Origin: an uncultured Chloroflexia bacterium
GTDB taxonomy: Bacteria; Chloroflexota; Ktedonobacteria; Ktedonobacterales; JADMIN01
Length of the DNA stretch: 32,000 nt
Direction of reading: 5' to 3'
Assembly: GCA_963718915.1 (NCBI GenBank)
Contig: CAVRAI010000014.1
Location: 210,001 to 242,000 of the forward strand
This document shows positions 24,903 through 32,000 of the stretch, one piece after another (the stretch's first letter is position 1; every line of letters begins with the position of its first letter). The position numbers were made by a program, and so were the translations under genes. A model generated the notes under the pieces. The model made no database searches and was not told where the DNA came from. It saw nothing but the letters and a program-made list of their open reading frames with translations.

Positions 24903-25060
24903 GCTGGCGGCTGAAGCCGCAGCTAAGGGACGCGCTCCCGCGCATCCGCGAAGCCTGCCTGCGCAGGCTCCAGACATTACCCCAAACGTTCACGCTTCTG
25001 GGAGGCCGCGAAGGCGGCCTTTGCCGCCGCAGGCGCTTAGGCGCGGCTTCAGCCGCCAGC
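24903..25060. mobile_element. MITE-like 158-bp element with perfect 18-bp terminal inverted repeats
   Basis: gctggcggctgaagccgc (24903-24920) is the exact reverse complement of gcggcttcagccgccagc (25043-25060). Internal hairpins include gaagcctgcctgcgcaggctcc. Confidence 0.65.
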
Positions 25061-25113
25061 CGTCATCACCCCACAATAATGTTCCGCCTACACCCTCACT
25101 GACAACCAACCGA

Positions 25114-25143
25114 TTGACACAAATACACAAGCAATGTTACACT
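25114..25143 (+). promoter_or_regulatory. sigma70-like promoter for the riboswitch-permease transcript
   Basis: TTGACA (25114-25119), 18-nt spacer, TACACT (25138-25143). The aptamer begins ~25 nt downstream. Confidence 0.5.
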
Positions 25144-25167
25144 AGATTTGTCCGAAACACGTCGGAC

Positions 25168-25241
25168 ACATCCCGTATAGTTCCGGGGATATGGCCCGGA
25201 TGTATCTACCAGGCGACCGTAAATCGCCCGACTACGAGATG
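25168..25241 (+). promoter_or_regulatory. purine riboswitch aptamer, guanine/hypoxanthine class (C at the specificity position)
   Basis: acaucccGUAUAGUUCCGGGGAUAUGGCCCGGAUGUAUCUACCAGGCGACCGUAAAUCGCCCGACUACGagaug. This matches the xpt-type pattern UAUA-P2(GAUAUGG loop)-UCUACC-P3(CCGUAAAU loop)-GACUA. P1, P2 and P3 can all be drawn. A purine permease lies downstream. Confidence 0.85.
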
Positions 25242-25434
25242 AAGTGCATCTAGGGTTCCGTGCCTGCCAGCTCCATGCGCAGCATCGGCGCAGTGTCGCG
25301 TCGTCCATCATCTGGATTTATCATAGCGGCGCGTTTTGGCGAGCGGCGGCGGTCTGGTCCGAGCGATGCAGGCATGTCGGTTCCGCGTGAGATGATAAAG
25401 CGGCACTGTGCATGTTACACCACGGGGAAGAAAA

Positions 25435-25489
25435 GCCCGGATGGTAGGTTCACTCGCGCAGAAGGACCTACCACCGGGCTAATGTTTTT
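25435..25489 (+). terminator. strong intrinsic terminator inside the permease leader (candidate riboswitch expression platform)
   Basis: 14-bp stem GCCCGG(A)TGGTAGGT / ACCTACCACCGGGC with one bulge and a 16-nt loop, then TAATGTTTTT. Lies 64 nt before the permease ATG. Confidence 0.75.
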
Positions 25490-25552
25490 CCGGTGTGCAG
25501 GTCTGGTGATTTGGGACCGTCGCCTGGTGTCCTTTTCAGGAGGATTCTCTCC

Positions 25553-27034
25553 ATGGCCTCTGAGGTCGCGCCAGAGTCAACTGCAACAGCTTCGTCTTCG
25601 TCGCGCGCCGGTGGTATCTTTGCCACGATCATGAATCCCGGGCACCGTGGCAGCAGTCATCGTATTGAGTTCATCGCGGGCCTGACGACCTTCGTCACGA
25701 TGGCCTACATCATCTTCGTCAACGCCAGCATCATGGAGGCGGCGGGGCTGAATTTCGACGCCCTCGTCATCGGCACCATCTTCTGCGCCGTCGTCCCCAC
25801 GCTCTTCATGGGGATTTGGGCCGATCTGCCGTGGGCGTTGGCCCCTGGCCTCGGCTATAACGCCCTCTTCGCGTTTACCGTCGTCGGTCAGCGCCACTTC
25901 CCGGTGGGCGCGGCGCTCGCGCTCGTCTTCCTGGATGGCCTCGCCTTCCTGCTGATCGTCGTCGGGCCGTGGCGCGAATCTATCATCAAAGGGATTCCGC
26001 TGCCGATCAAGCTGGCCGCTGGCGCTGGCATTGGCCTGTTCATTGCCTTCATTGGCCTTGCCAATGCGGGCATCATTAAGTTCAGCGCCTTCGCCGACAT
26101 CAAAGCGGGGCAGACGGTGCCCTTCGGCGACGCCTTTGGCCTGCCGGGACTGAGCGTGCTCAACGACCCCGTCGTCATCGTGGCCTTCGTCGGGCTGCTG
26201 CTGACGGGGCTGCTGATGGCGTGGCGGGTGCGTGGCGCGCTGCTGATCGGCATCCTGGTGACCACGGCGATTTGCTGGGTCGCATCAATGGTCAACACGT
26301 CACTGCGAGGGCAGCTGCTGCCCAACGCTCCGAAGAATCCTACTGGCGTCAGCAGCTTCATCGCGCTGCCCAACCTGGGCCAGTTCTGGAGCCAGCGCGG
26401 CCTGATCGATTTCGGCTCGCTCTTTAGTGGCAACCTGGCTACCGGCGCGATCATCCTCTTCTTCGTGACATTCCTCGTCACGGATATGATGGATTCGCTC
26501 GGCACCTTCAGCGGCCTGGCCACCAAGCTTGGCATCCTCGACAAGGAAGGCAACTTCCCGCATTCGGGGCGCGCGCTGATTGTGGACGCCGCCGCTGGCA
26601 TGTTTGGCCCAATCACCGGCAACGCTACCATCGCGACATTCATCGAGAGCGCGGCGGGCGAGAGCGAGGGCGGCAAGACTGGCCTCACCTCCGTCTGGGT
26701 CGCGATCTTCTTCCTGCTCACGCTCTTCCTGGTGCCGTTCATTGGGCTGGTGCCGCCGGTGGCGACGGCTCCGGCGCTGATCGTCGTCGGCTTCCTGATG
26801 ATCGAGCCAATTGTCAAGATCGGCTTCGATAGCATCACCGATGGCCTGCCCGCTTTCCTGGCGCTGCTGTTCATGCCGCTGACCTACTCCATCGCGGACG
26901 GCATGTTCGTCGGCATCGTCAGCTATGTCGTGCTCAAGACGCTCACCGGCAAGATTCGCGAGGTCAGCTGGATCATGTGGGTCTTTGCCGCGTTGCTCAT
27001 ACTCGCCAAGATACTCGACGCGGCGAGTTTGTAG
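25553..27034 (+). CDS. NCS2 family purine permease (AzgA / PbuG-like adenine-guanine-hypoxanthine permease)
   Basis: ATG at 25553 with GGAGG 9 nt upstream. Reads IEFIAGLTTFVTMAYIIFVNASIM..., with about 12-13 TM segments, plus ATIATFIESAAGESEGGKTGLTS. Confidence 0.88.
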   Translation: MASEVAPESTATASSSSRAGGIFATIMNPGHRGSSHRIEFIAGLTTFVTMAYIIFVNASIMEAAGLNFDALVIGTIFCAVVPTLFMGIWADLPWALAPGLGYNALFAFTVVGQRHFPVGAALALVFLDGLAFLLIVVGPWRESIIKGIPLPIKLAAGAGIGLFIAFIGLANAGIIKFSAFADIKAGQTVPFGDAFGLPGLSVLNDPVVIVAFVGLLLTGLLMAWRVRGALLIGILVTTAICWVASMVNTSLRGQLLPNAPKNPTGVSSFIALPNLGQFWSQRGLIDFGSLFSGNLATGAIILFFVTFLVTDMMDSLGTFSGLATKLGILDKEGNFPHSGRALIVDAAAGMFGPITGNATIATFIESAAGESEGGKTGLTSVWVAIFFLLTLFLVPFIGLVPPVATAPALIVVGFLMIEPIVKIGFDSITDGLPAFLALLFMPLTYSIADGMFVGIVSYVVLKTLTGKIREVSWIMWVFAALLILAKILDAASL

Positions 27035-27046
27035 ACCTCTCCCTAC

Positions 27047-27068
27047 CCCCTCCCCTAAAAGGGAGGGG
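27047..27068 (+). terminator. G/C hairpin (CCCCTCCC-ctaaaa-GGGAGGGG) after the permease stop
   Basis: Perfect 8-bp stem 12 nt after the stop, with no U-tract. Same style as the hairpins at 4787 and 7642. Confidence 0.4.
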
Positions 27069-27121
27069 CCGCAAGGGAATTTAGTAGTCGCCTCCTGTCA
27101 CTCGCTGGCAGGGGGCGATTT

Positions 27122-27763
27122 TTATGGCATAGAGGCGTGCTGTGCCGCATAGCGCGCGTGCTCCTCGATGATACGTTGGGCGATGGTGTCGCGGTCGGGG
27201 AAACGCTCATCAATTTGCCAGAGCACTGGCAATTGCGATGAAACAATTCGGAGTTTGAGGCTAAAGTCAGTGCCATAACGTGAGCTTGTAACTTTCAAAC
27301 CGACAGACGCCAGCTTGCCATACGGTATGGTGAAAATACGCCCCTTTTGCGTGCCCTCCCAGGGCCACGATGTTATTCCAGTCGACAGTCCTGAGGGCAG
27401 CCTGCCGACACGACCTACGACTCCCTCTGGTGTGAGTACTAATACTTGTTTTGGCGTTGAATCTGTCTGCGCTAGCAACATGCGGCCCTGGCGTGCAAAG
27501 TAGACAGCTAACAACGCGATGAGTATTCCAAGTGGCAGAAGCACAAAGATCAATGTGCCTGCCCCCCAGATATCTGTTAGGCCTGAAATGACGAGGGAAA
27601 CCACACCTGAGGCGGCTCCTAGCGCCAAAAATAACGCAATGATAATGTAGAGGCTTCCAACGACTCTGAAATACGACTTCCTGGCCCGGTAGACCTTCCA
27701 TATGTCGGGCGCTGTGCCCGCGTCAACGGTGTCGAGGATGGCCTGAGGATCGAACGTAGCCAA
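27122..27763 (-). CDS. hypothetical membrane protein: two TM helices plus a C-terminal beta-rich (bacterial PH-like?) domain
   Basis: 213 aa at ~50% GC. TM segments VVGSLYIIIALFLALGAASGVVSLVISGL and TLIFVLLPLGILIALLAVYF, then QVLVLTPEGVVGRVG...IFTIPYGKLASVGLKV. The domain assignment is a guess. Confidence 0.55.
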   Translation of the reverse strand: MATFDPQAILDTVDAGTAPDIWKVYRARKSYFRVVGSLYIIIALFLALGAASGVVSLVISGLTDIWGAGTLIFVLLPLGILIALLAVYFARQGRMLLAQTDSTPKQVLVLTPEGVVGRVGRLPSGLSTGITSWPWEGTQKGRIFTIPYGKLASVGLKVTSSRYGTDFSLKLRIVSSQLPVLWQIDERFPDRDTIAQRIIEEHARYAAQHASMP

Positions 27764-27881
27764 TGCGTCTTGCCTCGTGAGGAGGGAGGAATGGCTGCTC
27801 CCTTACCTGTTATACGGCATGCGAAAGGCCCGGCGCCATACGACACCGGACCTCGAAAATACCACCAAAAATACAGATAAA

Positions 27882-29285
<1,404 letters not shown>

Positions 29286-29465
29286 TTCCCCGCAATCCCT
29301 CCTGAAGAACGTCCAACCAGCAGCGAAGGATGCGCGTCCCGTATCCAGTCATACAGGACGTCATAACGGACGCTCGCCCGCCGCGCGGGCCGTTGCGCCC
29401 CATTCACGCCGGGGTTCCCTACCCGGCGCATATCCCATCACTCTACTGAAACGAACATCGTCGCA

Positions 29466-29493
29466 AAACTAAACTTCAAGCGAAAATTGTCCA
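29466..29493 (-). promoter_or_regulatory. possible rpoD promoter in the dnaG-rpoD spacer
   Basis: On the minus strand: TGGACA (complement of 29488-29493), 16-nt spacer, TAGTTT (complement of 29466-29471). Confidence 0.25.
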
Positions 29494-29529
29494 TACAGCC
29501 ACATGCGTCTTGGCCACTGCTGCTACGTG

Positions 29530-31671
29530 TCATCCCCAGATATCCGTCGCCGCGTCGATGGCCCGGCGCTGTGACAAGAGCAGCTTCTTGCGCGTCATCA
29601 GCGTGCGCAACGCCTCGTCGTCAGCCTCGCGTACCAGATAGTCCAGTTCAGCCATCTCCGCCTTCAATCGCATCCGCTTCAGCCGATAGGCGGCTTTGCT
29701 GGCGATTTTCGTGAGTGATGGGCCAGATTCGGGCAGATTCAATGAGACACGCGCGCCCGCAGCCGCGGCAACCTGGCGTAGCTCTTCAGGCAACATCCCG
29801 CTGAATGCATCACCCTGTGCGGATGGGGCTAGTCTCCCCTCGCGCGTCGCCATCGCGAAGATGGTATAGATCGCGCGCATATCCGCGCTGGTGAAATCGC
29901 TCTCATCGAGAATCGCGAAGATATCCATCCATGTCGCCGGGTTCGCCGCCAGCAGCCCCACGCAGTATTCCGCCTGCGCCAGTTCCGCCAGCAGTTCGCC
30001 CGTCGCCCCGGCAGCGCCTGAAGCTCTATAGTTGAAGAACGGGCCAGTTGGCGACCCTTCCGCCTCAGAGTACTTTCGTCCGGGTGAGTCGTCAGCAGCG
30101 TCTGAATCTGCTTGTCCAGAATCTACCGGGCCGCGTGACTGTCCGCCCTGCGCGCGCGTCTCGCGATCCAGCCGTCTGCGTGTCTGGGCGAGGTCGCGTT
30201 GCACGTCATGCACATCGAGGTGCAGGTGGGCCGCCAGCCGATCCGCGTATTCGCCGGCCAGCGTGCGATTGCGCACCTCCGCCAGAATCGGCAGCAAGCG
30301 GCGCGACGCCTCCATTTTGCCCTGAGGCGTATCCAGCGCGAGGTCGGCGGTCTGGGCGGCGATGAGGTATTCGATCAGCGGGGCCGAGTGCTCGATGGCC
30401 TGCTGCCAGCCAGCGGGGTCGCGCCGCGCGAATTCGTCTGGGTCTTCGTGTGGCGGCAGCTTCGCGACGGTGATCTCGGCGTCCACCTGCTCCTCAAAAC
30501 TGACGATGCCCCGTGGCGAGCCGCGCTTGCCGCTGTGCGTCGCCCAGCCCCCTTGCTGCGCGCGCGCGGAATCTGGCGCTGGCCCAGGCACGGGCACGAC
30601 GACACGGTCGAACGCTTGTTGCGCGACGGTGATACCACGCAGGGTGGCCGACTCACCCGCCGCATCGGGATCGAGGGCGAGCGTTACCCGGCGGGTCAGC
30701 TTTTTGATCTGGCGGATGTGCTTCTCGGTGATGGCGCTGCCGATACAGGCGACGACGTTGCGCGTGCCATACTGGTGCGTCACGACAGCATCCATGTAGC
30801 CCTCGACGATGACGATCCGATTGCCACGGCGGATGGCGTCGCGGGCGAGATCGAGGCCGTAGAGGGTGGCGCTTTTATCGAAGAGCAGCGTCTGTGGAGT
30901 GTTGAGGTACTTGATGTTACTGCCATCCAGCGCGCGCGCGCCAAAGGCGATGGTCTGGCCGCGTACGTCGCGGATCGGGAAGATCAGTCGATTCCGGAAA
31001 TAGCCATAGATGCCGCCGCCACGACTCGCCTCGCGTTCGCGAGCCAGCCCCACCTCGACCAGCTCTTTCTCGCTATAGCCGACGCTCAGCAGATACTGCG
31101 TCAGCGCGTCGCCATCGGGCGCGTAGCCGAGCCGCCACTGCGCGATGGAATCGTTGCTGACGCCGCGCGAGTCAAGGTAGGAGCGGCAATACTGGGCGCT
31201 GGTGGACTGGAGCAGTTGGTGGTGGAACCAGATGGCGGCGGCTTCGTTGAGCGCGCGCATGCGTTTGCGGGCCGAGGTTTCGGCGGCTTCTTCGGCGCTT
31301 TCCGGGCGGCTGCCGCTCTCCAATGGGATACCCGCGCGTTCGGCAAGTAGCTCCAGCGCCTCGCGGAAGTCGAGCGATTGCTGCTTCTGCACAAAGGTAA
31401 TGATGTCGCCGCGCTCGCCACAGCCAAAGCAGTGCCAGTCCTGCTTATCGGGGAAGACGTAGAACGAAGGGGTGCGCTCGCCGTGGAAGGGGCAGAGACC
31501 CTTGAAGGCCTTGCCAGACTTCTTCAGCGAAACAACCGCCCCAATTTCTTCGACGATGTCGAGCTTCTGCTTAATGCGCTCGATAATGCTCGTTGCGTCC
31601 GTTGCCGTGATCCTCTGAGGGATAACCGCCCCTCTGGTCGCGCTAGATGTGTCAGAAACCGAGACTGACAC
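29530..31671 (-). CDS. dnaG: DNA primase DnaG (long form, 713 aa)
   Basis: GTG start. CHC2 zinc finger GLCPFHGERTPSFYVFPDKQDWHCFGCGERGDIITFV. TOPRIM IVIVEGYMDAVV. Immediately upstream of rpoD, the classical macromolecular-synthesis operon order. Confidence 0.95.
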   Translation of the reverse strand: MSVSVSDTSSATRGAVIPQRITATDATSIIERIKQKLDIVEEIGAVVSLKKSGKAFKGLCPFHGERTPSFYVFPDKQDWHCFGCGERGDIITFVQKQQSLDFREALELLAERAGIPLESGSRPESAEEAAETSARKRMRALNEAAAIWFHHQLLQSTSAQYCRSYLDSRGVSNDSIAQWRLGYAPDGDALTQYLLSVGYSEKELVEVGLAREREASRGGGIYGYFRNRLIFPIRDVRGQTIAFGARALDGSNIKYLNTPQTLLFDKSATLYGLDLARDAIRRGNRIVIVEGYMDAVVTHQYGTRNVVACIGSAITEKHIRQIKKLTRRVTLALDPDAAGESATLRGITVAQQAFDRVVVPVPGPAPDSARAQQGGWATHSGKRGSPRGIVSFEEQVDAEITVAKLPPHEDPDEFARRDPAGWQQAIEHSAPLIEYLIAAQTADLALDTPQGKMEASRRLLPILAEVRNRTLAGEYADRLAAHLHLDVHDVQRDLAQTRRRLDRETRAQGGQSRGPVDSGQADSDAADDSPGRKYSEAEGSPTGPFFNYRASGAAGATGELLAELAQAEYCVGLLAANPATWMDIFAILDESDFTSADMRAIYTIFAMATREGRLAPSAQGDAFSGMLPEELRQVAAAAGARVSLNLPESGPSLTKIASKAAYRLKRMRLKAEMAELDYLVREADDEALRTLMTRKKLLLSQRRAIDAATDIWG

Positions 31672-31679
31672 GGAAACAC

Positions 31680-31952
31680 TCAGGTGTCGTTGGTATCGCT
31701 GGATGCGCTGTCATCATCACGATCACTGGCGCCGGTCACGCGGCGCGCCACGGCGATGACCAGTCCAATCGCCGCCAGCCCGGCGAGCAATCCGCCGCCC
31801 ACCAGTGCCGCTCGTCGTAGCCACACGCGCTGTTCTGGCGCAAGAGCCGCCGCCTTTTGGCATAATGACCACCCGCCCACGTGGCGTGGTGAGGTGACGC
31901 ATGCTTGCGGGCGAGACTGCCTCGCCGCGTAGTGCGACGGTGGCGCGGTCAC
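31680..31952 (-). CDS. possible small membrane protein upstream of dnaG
   Basis: 90-aa ORF with one hydrophobic helix ALVGGGLLAGLAAIGLVIAVA and an acidic tail. Ends 8 nt before the dnaG start. The start codon is uncertain. Confidence 0.3.
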   Translation of the reverse strand: MTAPPSHYAARQSRPQACVTSPRHVGGWSLCQKAAALAPEQRVWLRRAALVGGGLLAGLAAIGLVIAVARRVTGASDRDDDSASSDTNDT

Positions 31953-32000
31953 GCAACGCTCCGGCGAAGTGTTCCGCCGAGCCGTTCCACGCGGTTCGGC

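Noticed and set aside
24877-25100. Moco riboswitch upstream of the mog/moaB gene (minus strand)
   Set aside because: The region is occupied by the 158-bp TIR-bounded repeat and lacks the conserved CCGAGCC-type Moco motif core.
30199-31350. 383-aa plus-strand ORF
   Set aside because: It is antisense to dnaG and is a shadow ORF. The same applies to 3722-4828(-), 381-1322(-), 25888-26874(-), 22503-23552(+), 17822-18781(-), 28107-28880(+), 11417-12070(-) and 23595-24413(+).

Overview
High-GC (~65%) bacterial chromosomal window. Protein similarities and the G/C-rich hairpin repeats are reminiscent of a Chloroflexota-like organism, but this cannot be verified from the sequence alone. Intact genes: a ttLC-FACS-like acyl-CoA synthetase, a secreted triple-repeat lipoprotein, OsmC, pterin-4a-carbinolamine dehydratase, a cytoplasmic multi-GAF histidine kinase with a stand-alone receiver, a divergent TetR / FMN alpha-hydroxy-acid oxidase pair, DUF4126 plus a beta-propeller-like protein, rph, a PIG-L deacetylase, an EamA transporter, an alpha/beta hydrolase, MogA/MoaB, an AzgA/PbuG-type purine permease behind a guanine-type purine riboswitch, and the dnaG-rpoD pair. 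The accessory content is at 1-7.7 kb. It holds a 5'-partial Pnkp RNA-repair gene broken by three +1 frameshifts, and a TIR-TPR-FGE/SUMF1 (C-type-lectin fold) gene broken by about 8 frameshifts and one stop. That gene is followed by a 35-codon stub whose sequence (SLYDRLCSFENLLPYR) looks like the N-terminus of a DGR-type reverse transcriptase, cut off by an array of MITE-like repeats. I read this as a decayed diversity-generating retroelement whose target was a TIR-domain conflict protein. Intergenic DNA carries at least four dispersed hairpin/MITE-like repeat families. Other items are five phased direct repeats upstream of the kinase, an 11-bp tandem repeat in the hydrolase leader, and a degenerate second copy of the rph 3' end flanking a lower-GC segment. 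No tRNA, rRNA, CRISPR array, transposase or integrase was recognised. All homology calls are from reading and memory; nothing was searched.
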